Shown here piece by piece: positions 17,091 to 25,723 of a stretch of 34,185 nt of DNA. The position numbers and the translations under genes were made by a program. The notes under the pieces were generated by a model. The model saw nothing but the letters and a program-made list of their open reading frames with translations, searched no databases and had not been told where the DNA came from. Origin of the DNA: Bacteroidota bacterium. GTDB taxonomy: Bacteria > Bacteroidota > Bacteroidia > CAILMK01 > JACPUW01. Where the stretch lies: the NCBI GenBank assembly GCA_020437725.1, contig JAGQWA010000003.1:1-34185 (forward strand), in the 5' to 3' direction. Within the stretch, counting starts at the first letter, position 1. Each line of letters begins with the position of its first letter.

Positions 17091-17112
17091 AAAGCCCCAG
17101 GAACGGGGCTTT
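17091..17112 (-). terminator. candidate intrinsic terminator after the histidine kinase gene
   Basis: Perfect 8-bp stem AAAGCCCC/GGGGCTTT with a 6-nt loop. On the minus strand the stem ends in TTT followed by TCTTATG, about 200 nt past the kinase stop. The U-tract is only moderate. Confidence 0.45.
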
Positions 17113-17291
17113 CTGAACAGGTTTTTCAATAAGAAAAAACGAACCCATTTTATGCATTAAAAAGCTGCGGGTATTCTAACACATAATCTGGGTTCTTAAA
17201 TAATGATGCTATCTAAACCCAAGCATGAAACAAAGGTGTTTCTATCGAGTATACTGTGAAAGAATTACGGGTAAACAGCAAGTAAGCAATA

Positions 17292-17310
17292 GGTTAAACA
17301 AAGGGTAAAC
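17292..17310 (-). promoter_or_regulatory. GTTTACC direct-repeat motif, site 3
   Basis: The minus strand reads GTTTACCCTTTGTTTAACC, starting 2 nt after the kinase stop codon (TAG at 17315-17313). A further half-site TGTTTACCC lies at 17269-17277. Confidence 0.4.
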
Positions 17311-17312
17311 GA

Positions 17313-19583
17313 CTAACCTTTTAGCTGTTCTAATGGCAATACCAAAGTAAATGTGGTTTGGCCAGGTTTGCTTTCTGCTTTTAAGGTTCCGTGGTGTTCT
17401 TTAACAATTTCTAGGCTAATAGATAATCCAAGCCCTGTACCCTTGCCAATTTCTTTAGTTGTAAAGAATGGGTCAAAGATTTTAGACATGGTGCCTTGTT
17501 CTATTCCAACGCCACTATCAGTTATTGAGAGTTTTATTTCGTTATCTAACTGCTCAGTTTTAATAACAATATTTCCTGTTTGTTCAATGGCCTGTACTGC
17601 GTTGCTAAGCAAATTCATTAGCACTTGATCAAGCTTTTCTCTGTAGCCTTCAATTATAGCGTTATCGGCAAAATCTTTCACAATTGAAATTCGGTCTTTG
17701 TAACTGCTGTGAAGCAACAACAAGCAGTTGTCTATGCTGGTATGCAAGTCAACCTTGCTAAGATTGCCTTTATCTGTTCTGGCATAAATTCTTAGTCCGC
17801 GCACTATTTCGGCTGTTCTATTGGCGCCTTTTGTGATACTATTGGTAATAAGATCTATTTCTTTAATAATCTCTTCAATCGAAGCATTTTTAGATACTTG
17901 CTCAGAATGCTTGTCTTTATTTAACAAGCTTTTTATATCGTTCAATTCCAGTTTTAAAGAGTCAATTCCGGCTTTTACGTAATTTATTGGGTTATTTATT
18001 TCATGTGCAATACCGGCAGTAAGTTGGCCTATGCTTGCCAATTTTTCGTTTTGTATAAGCTGTGCTTGTGTCTCCTTTAGCGTTTTATTAGCGGCATCTA
18101 ACTGACTAGTGCGTTGTTGCAAATTCTCTTTTTCGTTTATTAAGTTTTTATTGGTTTGTTTGAGTTTATTTCTGGTTGAAAACAAGATAAATAGAATGGC
18201 TATTAGTGCTCCCAATATGAGTAGCACTAGCATTGAAAAAAGAATAAGATTACGGTTTTGATGCTCTTTAATATTAAGCTTTTCAGTTGTTATACGACTT
18301 TTTTCTTCTGCCCTTTTAAGTTTAGCCTTTTGAAGTTTTTTCTCATTAAAGCTTTCTATAAAATTTAGCCTTTGTATAGTTTCTAAAGACACCAACGAAT
18401 CTTTTAACGCCATGTGTTTTGATAAGTGGAAGTAAGCAGAATCAGTATTTCCTTTTCGCTCATATACAAGTGAAAGCAGTTTATATGCGTTCTTTTTATG
18501 GGTAAAAAAATGGTTGCTATTGGCTAAGTAAAAACCTAACTGAGTATAATGCAAAGCGCTGTCTAGATTGTTGTTATTTATATAAGCTTCGCCCATACCT
18601 ATTAAAATAATGCACTTATTGGCGGGGGTTTTAAGCTTATAGCTTAGTTTTAATGCTTGTTTGTAGTATGCAAAAGCACTATCTAAAATGAGCTGATTGG
18701 CAAAATTCTGAGCCTTGTTGGTTAACAACTGCATTTCATGATAAGGGCTTGGTGCTCGTTTTAAATCTGTTGTGGCTTTATTATAGAAATGCAGTGCAGA
18801 ATCGTACTTCTCGGTGAAATTGTAAATAATGCCAATAAGCATGTTACTTCCAAAAATGCCTTTGAAATAGGTTGAGCTATCAGCGTAGAATTTGCCTATT
18901 TTGGCATATTTCATGGCGCGTTTATAGTCTTTTAGCTCAACGAAGCTAGAACCAATGTTTATAGCTATGTCGGCCATTTTTTGAGCCTTTTCAGTGGTGT
19001 AATTGCGGTTATACCAGCTTAGAATTTCTAAATAATTTGGAATGGCTTTGTCATGAAATCCTTGATTAAAGTCTTCTACCGCAATATTGGTAATGCACGA
19101 AATCACGTTGGTAGAATCATTTCTGGCAAGCGCCGCTTCTTTGGCCTCCATAAAAGTAAATCTGGCCGAATCGTTATACCCCAGGCGAGATTGAGCGGCC
19201 CCAATACGCATCATTAACGAGAAATACTGTTCTGTAAATGAGATAGAATGTGCTAATTTTTTAGCTTTTTGCCACTCTACAATAGCACGCTGAAACAAGC
19301 CTTGATAGAAATAGGTAAGCCCTATTGCGTTTAATGACGTTACTTGAGAGTTCGGTCTTTCTAGCGCTATAGCCAGTTGCAAGGCCTTTTGGGCAAAAAT
19401 TCTAGCACTGTCTAAATCGGTATCTAGATAGGCAAAGCTTAACCTTTGGTAGGTTTTGCAGTCGTTGCTGTCGTTTTTCTCTGTTAGGGCTTGCTTTAGG
19501 CTGTCAATTGTTACCTGTTGTGCGTTCACCATTACGGTGCCATAGCAAAAACAGAAACAAAGTATAACCCTTAAATTTTTCAC
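17313..19583 (-). CDS. sensor histidine kinase with extracytoplasmic TPR domain
   Basis: 756 aa. GTG start at 19583 gives signal-like MKNLRVILCFCFCYGTVMVNAQ. Multiple TPR-like repeats. TM helix LILFSMLVLLILGALIAILFILF, then a coiled coil. H-box LTAGIAHEINNPINY, N-box LLSNAVQAI, G1 DSGVGI, G2 GTGLGLS. Confidence 0.9.
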   Translation of the reverse strand: MKNLRVILCFCFCYGTVMVNAQQVTIDSLKQALTEKNDSNDCKTYQRLSFAYLDTDLDSARIFAQKALQLAIALERPNSQVTSLNAIGLTYFYQGLFQRAIVEWQKAKKLAHSISFTEQYFSLMMRIGAAQSRLGYNDSARFTFMEAKEAALARNDSTNVISCITNIAVEDFNQGFHDKAIPNYLEILSWYNRNYTTEKAQKMADIAINIGSSFVELKDYKRAMKYAKIGKFYADSSTYFKGIFGSNMLIGIIYNFTEKYDSALHFYNKATTDLKRAPSPYHEMQLLTNKAQNFANQLILDSAFAYYKQALKLSYKLKTPANKCIILIGMGEAYINNNNLDSALHYTQLGFYLANSNHFFTHKKNAYKLLSLVYERKGNTDSAYFHLSKHMALKDSLVSLETIQRLNFIESFNEKKLQKAKLKRAEEKSRITTEKLNIKEHQNRNLILFSMLVLLILGALIAILFILFSTRNKLKQTNKNLINEKENLQQRTSQLDAANKTLKETQAQLIQNEKLASIGQLTAGIAHEINNPINYVKAGIDSLKLELNDIKSLLNKDKHSEQVSKNASIEEIIKEIDLITNSITKGANRTAEIVRGLRIYARTDKGNLSKVDLHTSIDNCLLLLHSSYKDRISIVKDFADNAIIEGYREKLDQVLMNLLSNAVQAIEQTGNIVIKTEQLDNEIKLSITDSGVGIEQGTMSKIFDPFFTTKEIGKGTGLGLSISLEIVKEHHGTLKAESKPGQTTFTLVLPLEQLKG

Positions 19584-19627
19584 AATTCAAAAGTACAAGA
19601 GCACAATTCTCCTGCTGGCAAACAAGG

Positions 19628-19646
19628 GGTTACAAATGGTAAACAA
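19628..19646 (-). promoter_or_regulatory. GTTTACC direct-repeat motif, site 2
   Basis: The minus strand reads TTGTTTACCATTTGTAACC, starting 2 nt after the response-regulator stop (TAG at 19651-19649) and about 45 nt upstream of the kinase GTG start. Confidence 0.4.
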
Positions 19647-19648
19647 GG

Positions 19649-20686
19649 CTAAAGTGCTGCGAAATAATTATGCAAGTCTTCGCCGCCAGGTAATTCCATT
19701 TTTTTGCGCAAACGGTGGCGCGCTGTTTTAAGGCTATCCTGCGATATACCCAGAATGTCGGCAATTTCTTTTGAGCCGAGATTAAGCTTGAATAATGCGG
19801 CAAGTTTGCGATCTGATGCTGTTAAATTGGGGTGTTTACTTTCTAATTTGTTGTAAAAGTCTTGATGAACATTTTCAAAAACCTGACGAAAGCGATTCCA
19901 CTCCTTTTCTACGCTAAAACTATAGTCTATAAGGTTTACCAAGCTTCTGAACTTCTTGCTTGTAGAACTTTCAGTGCTCTTCATAATATTTTTCAACTCG
20001 ACCTTTAAATCGATTAATACCTGATTTTTTTGAATGAGTTGAAGGCTAAACGACGCTAATTCTTTTGACTTCTGTTCTAACTCTTCATTCAATTTTTCGT
20101 CAAAACCCAAGTTGCCGTTATTCTCATCGAGCTTTTGGGTTAAAATTTGATTTAACGTAGAGAGCTCAATATTAACTTCTTCTAGCTTTTGGTTTTGTTC
20201 TTCTAACTGCAAATTGCTTTGTTCCAGAGCCAATGTTCTTTCTGCAACGCGGCGTTCTAGCTCAACATTATGAGCTTCTAAACGCTGTATAAGCGACTTG
20301 TTTTGCTCTTGCAGCCTATAGACTTTATATCCGTTGTTTATTACGTTTTGAAGTTGAGATCTATCCCAAGGTTTGTTGATATAGTGATAGATTTTGCCTT
20401 CGTTTATGGCCGTAATTACATCTTCAAAATCTGCATAACCTGTTAGCAGAATTCTAATTATGGAAGGTTTCTTTTCTTTTAGCTCGGCAAAGAATTGAGT
20501 GCCTGTGCAAACTGGCATTCTTTGGTCAGAAACCACAACATGAATAAGCTCTTCGTTTAAAATACTCCAAGCTTCAGCCGCCGATTCAGCCACAAAAACA
20601 TTGAATTCGCGCTTAAACCCTGATCGAAAAACGATTAAGTTTTCTGCTTCATCATCAACATATAAAACATTAAGTTCCTTATTCAT
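19649..20686 (-). CDS. response regulator: REC domain, coiled coil, LuxR-type HTH
   Basis: The track ORF starts at TTG 20746. ATG at 20686 gives MNKELNVLYVDDE.... REC signature residues are DD (YVDDE), phospho-acceptor D in VVVSDQRMP, T in LLTGYAD and K in INKPW. C-terminal HTH: LTASDRKLAALFKLNLGSKEIADILGISQDSLKTARHRLRKKM. The C-terminal half aligns with the C-terminus of the 755-aa regulator. Confidence 0.9.
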   Translation of the reverse strand: MNKELNVLYVDDEAENLIVFRSGFKREFNVFVAESAAEAWSILNEELIHVVVSDQRMPVCTGTQFFAELKEKKPSIIRILLTGYADFEDVITAINEGKIYHYINKPWDRSQLQNVINNGYKVYRLQEQNKSLIQRLEAHNVELERRVAERTLALEQSNLQLEEQNQKLEEVNIELSTLNQILTQKLDENNGNLGFDEKLNEELEQKSKELASFSLQLIQKNQVLIDLKVELKNIMKSTESSTSKKFRSLVNLIDYSFSVEKEWNRFRQVFENVHQDFYNKLESKHPNLTASDRKLAALFKLNLGSKEIADILGISQDSLKTARHRLRKKMELPGGEDLHNYFAAL

Positions 20687-20746
20687 CAACCCCAAATTGC
20701 TGTTTGCGAATATGTGTAATTCTTGGTTTTCAAAAATTCGAAACAA

Positions 20747-22045
20747 TCAAACTTTCAGCTCTAAAATTTCCCACCAGTTATATTCACCTTCAAGTTTAAA
20801 AGTTACCAATCTTGTATGGCCTTTATCGTTGTAGAGCTCAACTAGGGCATAGGCAATTATATCATCTTTTTCGTGCTGAACTTCAACTACTTTGTACTCA
20901 AAATCAGCAGGCCATATAAAATCTTCGCACATAGATTGGTATAGTTCTAACAATTGATCAGCATCGCATTTCACATTGTTAACCATAATGGTTTCTTTGG
21001 CAAACCACATAAGTTTTTCCATGCTTTCACCCTTTTTCAAATAGTTCATGAACTCCTCAATTCTATTGGCTACGTCCATTTCTACATTTGGATGAAATTC
21101 TTCGTAAATAAAGCAGCTTACCCAACCAGATATCATTTCCTTCTCAATCTCTTGGTTGAATAATTCATTTAAAATGAAGTCGTACTTGGTTTTTGTATCA
21201 TATTCCCCTAAAAAATCTATTGCTACATTAATTGTCCCCAATTCTTCGAGCAAATTTTCGAAATGTGATTCAAGTTGTTGAGACTCAATTTTATTACTTG
21301 GTAAAAAGGTTTTATTCTCCAACAAGTTCTTTATCGAGACCATGGTTGGGTTTTCCATTGCCTTTTCAAAAGCCATCATGTTTTTCAAAAATTCATTCTC
21401 AACTTTAGGATCTATATTTCCATACCTTCCTATGGTAGCATTTTGCTGAGCTTCTAAGTTTAAGCGCATTATGGCATTTTCCATTTCAAGATCTTCATCT
21501 TGCGTCATCTCAATATCAAAAGGAACTCCATCTGCTTTGTCAAGCGCATTTTTATTCCACCAATAGTCAAATGAACTAAGCAACTCTTTGCCAAAATAAT
21601 TGGGTCTCAAGAAAATATTGCGTTCAACTCTTTTCCAACCAATTGCATCAAAATTTGGGTATTGATCCATTAGTGCTCTAACGCTATTCACTGAATCATT
21701 TAAATGACCAAGAAACTTTTTACTATTGGTTTTAGTGATTACTACTTCTGAGTTTGGGATATCTAATTTTTCTATTATTTCTTTTTTGAATCCCTGAATC
21801 TCCAGAAATTCCCTTAACCTGCTCTTAAAATCTGGAATAGCTTTAGCCAGACTTTTGTGTTTTGTAACAACAACCATTAGGCTAGGAACGTGCATAAAAA
21901 CCATGGCAAATTTGCCGCGCTCACCACCCGGAATGCGGTTTACAAACCACTCTTCTAATTCGCCGTATTCCTTTTCTTCAACTTCACCAAGTTGAATTTT
22001 ACCACTTGCATTTAAAACCTTTTGCGTTGCCCTAATTGTAAACAT
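20747..22045 (-). CDS. uncharacterised cytoplasmic protein (432 aa), first gene of the two-component operon
   Basis: ATG at 22045. No signal peptide or TM helix. Its stop lies 60 nt upstream of the response-regulator ATG. The N-terminal ~160 aa (MFTIRATQKVL...WFVNRIPGGERGKFAMVFMHVPSLMVVV...) loosely recalls DUF6933-type proteins; that is an unverified recollection. The C-terminal ~110 aa look like a small alpha+beta (NTF2-like) fold. Confidence 0.75.
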   Translation of the reverse strand: MFTIRATQKVLNASGKIQLGEVEEKEYGELEEWFVNRIPGGERGKFAMVFMHVPSLMVVVTKHKSLAKAIPDFKSRLREFLEIQGFKKEIIEKLDIPNSEVVITKTNSKKFLGHLNDSVNSVRALMDQYPNFDAIGWKRVERNIFLRPNYFGKELLSSFDYWWNKNALDKADGVPFDIEMTQDEDLEMENAIMRLNLEAQQNATIGRYGNIDPKVENEFLKNMMAFEKAMENPTMVSIKNLLENKTFLPSNKIESQQLESHFENLLEELGTINVAIDFLGEYDTKTKYDFILNELFNQEIEKEMISGWVSCFIYEEFHPNVEMDVANRIEEFMNYLKKGESMEKLMWFAKETIMVNNVKCDADQLLELYQSMCEDFIWPADFEYKVVEVQHEKDDIIAYALVELYNDKGHTRLVTFKLEGEYNWWEILELKV

Positions 22046-22250
22046 CTGCCTTATAAATTATGCATTGCTAATATACTATTTTATGTCCCGTAGCAGAGGA
22101 TTGAATAATCAATCTTCCAAATAACTCATGTTTAACTTGAACCTTTAGGTATCAAAAAATAAACCCAAGCGTCAACTAAGGCTAATTCATCACTCTAATT
22201 CATCACTTTCATTCTCCGCTCTCGCCCCTACGGCAAAGGTGTTCCCTACT

Positions 22251-22302
22251 CACTCTCATTTCTCACTCTCATTTCTCACTCTCATCTCTCACTCTCCGCT
22301 CT
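22251..22302. repeat. 4 x 13-bp tandem repeat
   Basis: CACTCTCATTTCT, CACTCTCATTTCT, CACTCTCATCTCT, CACTCTCCGCTCT. It lies immediately 3' of the amidohydrolase stop on the minus strand. It is flanked by further duplicated words: AATTCATCACT twice and CTCCGCTCTCGC twice. Confidence 0.8.
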
Positions 22303-22310
22303 CGCTCTGA

Positions 22311-25300
22311 TCACGGGTGTCCAGTTTGGCAACTACACCCAGGTCTCATTGCACTTTTGGTTTCTTCATGCCATGGAAAAGCAGCATTGTAGCCGTTTAC
22401 TTCCCAATAGAATTTGCCACGTTCTTTTGGGTGATTGCCCACTTCGTTCATGGTTTCAGTATCGTACAAACGGCCGTTGATCATTACATGAGTTATGCTT
22501 TCGGTATTTCTAATGTCGTCAAGCGGATTTTGGTCCATGATGATTAAATCGGCCAGCTTGCCTTTTTTCAACGAACCAATATCAGCACTCATGCCAATGT
22601 AATCAGCGCCGTTAATGGTAGCCGCTTTTAGGGCTTCTAAATTGGTCATACCACCTTGTTGTAAGCTCCAAAGCTCCCAATGAGCGCCAAGACCTTGCAA
22701 TTGACCATGTGCACCTAAATTCACTTTTACGCCAGCATCTGCCAGCTTTTTACAGCTTTGGCTAACCAGAATGTGGCCATTATCATACTCTTCTTGCGGC
22801 ACCATGGTTCTGTGTCGACTGCGAGAATCAATAATCTCTCGCGGATAGTATTTCAACAGCTTTTCATTCTCCCAAACATTGGTGTTTTGGTACCAATAGT
22901 ATTCGGCATTTAAACCGCCGTAGTTAACAATGAGTGTTGGCGTATAACCAGTGTTGCTGGCACTCCAAAGTTCAATAATGTCTTTATAAACTGGTGCCAC
23001 AGGAATATTGTGCTCCACACCAGTATGGCCATCCATAATCATGGTCATGTTGTGGAAGAAAGTAGAACCACCTTCAGGAACCACAAAAATGTTTTCTTCT
23101 TTGGCGGCTTGAATAACCTGCTGACGCTGGTCTCTTCGTGGCTGGTTATAACTTTTTACCGAAAGCGCTCCAAATGCTTTGGTTCGGCGAATGCTGCTTC
23201 GGGCATCTTCCAAATTGTTTACCACCGCCTTTACATCAGCTTCGGCACCGTAAAGAATAAAACCAGTTGAGAACAAACGCGGACCAACCAATTCCCCAGC
23301 TTTTTGTAGTTCTGACAAAGCAAAAACGGTTTCGGTATTTGCTGAAGGATCATGTGCCGTGGTTACACCATACGCCAAATTCGCATAAAACTGCCAGTGT
23401 TTTTGGGTAGTAAGTCCGTAGCGGAATGCACCAATATGTGCATGCACATCAACCATTCCAGGCATTATGGTTTTGCCTGTTACATCAATAACCTTGGCGT
23501 TTGCACCCACTTGCACTGTACCCGATGGGCCAATTGCCGTAATTCGATTATCAGTTATTTCAATTTCACCGTTCTTAATTACAAGGTCGCCTTCCATGGT
23601 AATAATTCGGGCACCTTTTAAAACCGTAATTCCTTTAGGCTTATCGCATTTTAGCTCAAGACCCATTTCAATGCCTTTTTCAGACAATGGAGCCACTTCT
23701 TGGTCGGCACCATCTAAAAACGTAAAACGTTCTTTTAAGTCGGTTGAAAAATACTGGTTTCCTAAAGTCCACATTACTTTATCGCTTTCTGGCGACCAAT
23801 GGATGTTGATTCCAGCGTCTTTTGCCACTTGTTGAACGGGGAGTGAGTTGGTTTTGTCGTTTAAATCGATGGTTTGGCCAGTTTCAGGAAGCGGTGCTAA
23901 GTAAACCTTGTGCAAATGCTGAAAAGCCACCCATTTATTGTCAGGACTCAACACAAAACGATTGGCGTATTTTGACGAAATATGGGTTCGCACATCGTGG
24001 CCGTGCAAATCCATGCTTTGGTATTGCTTGGTGAGATTGCCGTAATAGTCGCCCCCAGTTTGAAAGAAAATGCGCTTTCCATCTTGACTGAAAACCGGAT
24101 ACTCGCCACTTTTTGAAACCAATTGCGGATTGGTACCGTCAGGGTTCATGATGTAAATGCCTGGATTTTTAGAATAAGCATGTCCTTGCTCATTATTGCC
24201 GCCTTCTTTTCTATATACAATTCGATTATCGGGTCCAAAACTTGGCGTTCTATAAATGCCTTTTCCGCTTGTATAGGTAGTCCATTTTCCACCAGTTGAA
24301 GGACAAACCCTTATCTCGCCCAGGTTTTCATCGTTCCAGCTCACATAAACAATATGCTTTCCATCAGGCGAAAACGAAGGTTCAAACTCAAAGTCGGTGC
24401 TGTTGGTTAAGCGTTTTGGCTTTCCATCAGGCAGTTTTTTAGACCATAAATAGCCTACTGCATTAAACACCACTTGCTTGCCATTTGGTGAAGTAATGGC
24501 TTGGCGAATTACTTTGGGGTTGAAGTTTTCAGTAAAAGCAGGATTTTCAAATTCCAATGCCTTGTTGATTTGCACTTTTACATCAGCTTCGAAAGGAATA
24601 ATACTCGACTCTAAAGTTTTAATGTTGAGCTTGTTGATTTTACCGCCAGCCCAAAATACCACGTGGTCGTTGTCGGGTAACCAATTGAAATTGGTGTACA
24701 CGCCAAACAAACACCAAGCTTCCATTTGGTCTTTGTTCAACTTGTCGTAAACAGGATACTCCTGCCCAGTTTCTAAATTATGAATGTAGAGAACCGACTT
24801 GGTTCTAACCCTTTTTACGAAAGCCAGCAATTTGCCATCAGGCGAAATTTGTGGACGAGCTGCACCGCCTGGGCCGCCAGTAACACGCTCGGTTTTCCCC
24901 GTTTCTAGGTTGTAGCGGTTTATTACGTAAATCTGGTCGTTAGGGTCTTTGTTGTATTGAAAATACCCACCTGGGTACATGTCTTCGCTGTAGTAGAGCC
25001 ATTTCTTGTCGGGCGATAAGCAAGGCTCGTTTACATCTTGTTGGTCGTTTTTGCGTTTGGTGAGCTGCAAACCACTGCCACCAGTTATGTGGTACATCCA
25101 CATTTCTCCAGCGCCTAATGAGCGCTCTGATGTAAAATGCTTGCGTGCTATTAGGTAATGCTCGTCTTTCCAAATGGCGTTGTTAATGAGCCTGAAAGAC
25201 TCTGTTGTTATTTGCTTGGCATCGCTCCCATCAGCTTTCATTACCCAGATATTGTCGCCACCACCGGCATCGCTGGTAAAGGAGATGTATTGGCCATCAG

Positions 25301-25604
25301 GGCTAAAACGCGGCTGAATCTCAAACGGAATGCCCGTACGCAAGGGTGTAGCCTTTCCTCCAGAAATAGGAATCTTGTAGATATCGCCCATCATATCAAA
25401 CACAATGGTTTTTCCATCAGGACTCACGTCTAGGTTCATCCAAGTGCCTTCGTCAGTTGTGAACTCATGGGTTTTCCATTCCCAATTACCAACGGGATTG
25501 CTAACATCCCATTTAGGTGGTTTATCACCGCCTTCGTCGGCTTTAAAGCTGGTGATGATAATTGCAGCAAGTGCAAAAAGCAAAGATTTTAGAGTGGTGT
25601 GCAT
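22311..25604 (-). CDS. secreted TolB-like beta-propeller / amidohydrolase fusion protein
   Basis: 1097 aa. Signal peptide MHTTLKSLLFALAAIIITSFKA. Repeated PD40/TolB-type blades (FSPDGQYISF, ISPDGKLLAF, FSPDGKHIVYV, LSPDNKWVAF). The C-terminal ~430 aa is a metal-dependent amidohydrolase with an HxH motif (MPGMVDVHAHIG). Confidence 0.85.
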   Translation of the reverse strand: MHTTLKSLLFALAAIIITSFKADEGGDKPPKWDVSNPVGNWEWKTHEFTTDEGTWMNLDVSPDGKTIVFDMMGDIYKIPISGGKATPLRTGIPFEIQPRFSPDGQYISFTSDAGGGDNIWVMKADGSDAKQITTESFRLINNAIWKDEHYLIARKHFTSERSLGAGEMWMYHITGGSGLQLTKRKNDQQDVNEPCLSPDKKWLYYSEDMYPGGYFQYNKDPNDQIYVINRYNLETGKTERVTGGPGGAARPQISPDGKLLAFVKRVRTKSVLYIHNLETGQEYPVYDKLNKDQMEAWCLFGVYTNFNWLPDNDHVVFWAGGKINKLNIKTLESSIIPFEADVKVQINKALEFENPAFTENFNPKVIRQAITSPNGKQVVFNAVGYLWSKKLPDGKPKRLTNSTDFEFEPSFSPDGKHIVYVSWNDENLGEIRVCPSTGGKWTTYTSGKGIYRTPSFGPDNRIVYRKEGGNNEQGHAYSKNPGIYIMNPDGTNPQLVSKSGEYPVFSQDGKRIFFQTGGDYYGNLTKQYQSMDLHGHDVRTHISSKYANRFVLSPDNKWVAFQHLHKVYLAPLPETGQTIDLNDKTNSLPVQQVAKDAGINIHWSPESDKVMWTLGNQYFSTDLKERFTFLDGADQEVAPLSEKGIEMGLELKCDKPKGITVLKGARIITMEGDLVIKNGEIEITDNRITAIGPSGTVQVGANAKVIDVTGKTIMPGMVDVHAHIGAFRYGLTTQKHWQFYANLAYGVTTAHDPSANTETVFALSELQKAGELVGPRLFSTGFILYGAEADVKAVVNNLEDARSSIRRTKAFGALSVKSYNQPRRDQRQQVIQAAKEENIFVVPEGGSTFFHNMTMIMDGHTGVEHNIPVAPVYKDIIELWSASNTGYTPTLIVNYGGLNAEYYWYQNTNVWENEKLLKYYPREIIDSRSRHRTMVPQEEYDNGHILVSQSCKKLADAGVKVNLGAHGQLQGLGAHWELWSLQQGGMTNLEALKAATINGADYIGMSADIGSLKKGKLADLIIMDQNPLDDIRNTESITHVMINGRLYDTETMNEVGNHPKERGKFYWEVNGYNAAFPWHEETKSAMRPGCSCQTGHP

Positions 25605-25723
25605 TGTGCAAAGGAAAATGTTCAGACCAATTATTTGAACAAGTGCATCACTTTTACAATCAAAATGCTATCACATTTTATTTTCGAGAACAGCAAGTTA
25701 TTAAGCAATTGTAAATTCGTTTT

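Noticed and set aside
20687-20746. TTG-extended N-termini in the track (response regulator from 20746, 966-aa cargo from 16982, tdk from 1005, GldM-like gene from 31472)
   Set aside because: In each case an in-frame ATG downstream gives a canonical N-terminus: REC beta-1, a signal peptide, a P-loop lead-in, or a TM helix. The extensions add no features.
17313-22045. The TPR kinase, response regulator and extra gene as a Detocs-like anti-phage two-component system
   Set aside because: The kinase TPR domain lies between a signal peptide and a TM helix, so it is extracytoplasmic. The regulator output is a LuxR HTH rather than a nucleotide-degrading effector. This fits ordinary transcriptional signalling.
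24940-25173. Minus-strand 77-aa ORF in an alternative frame inside the amidohydrolase gene
   Set aside because: It overlaps a strongly supported reading frame (PD40 repeats). Its translation is Arg/Trp-rich off-frame noise.
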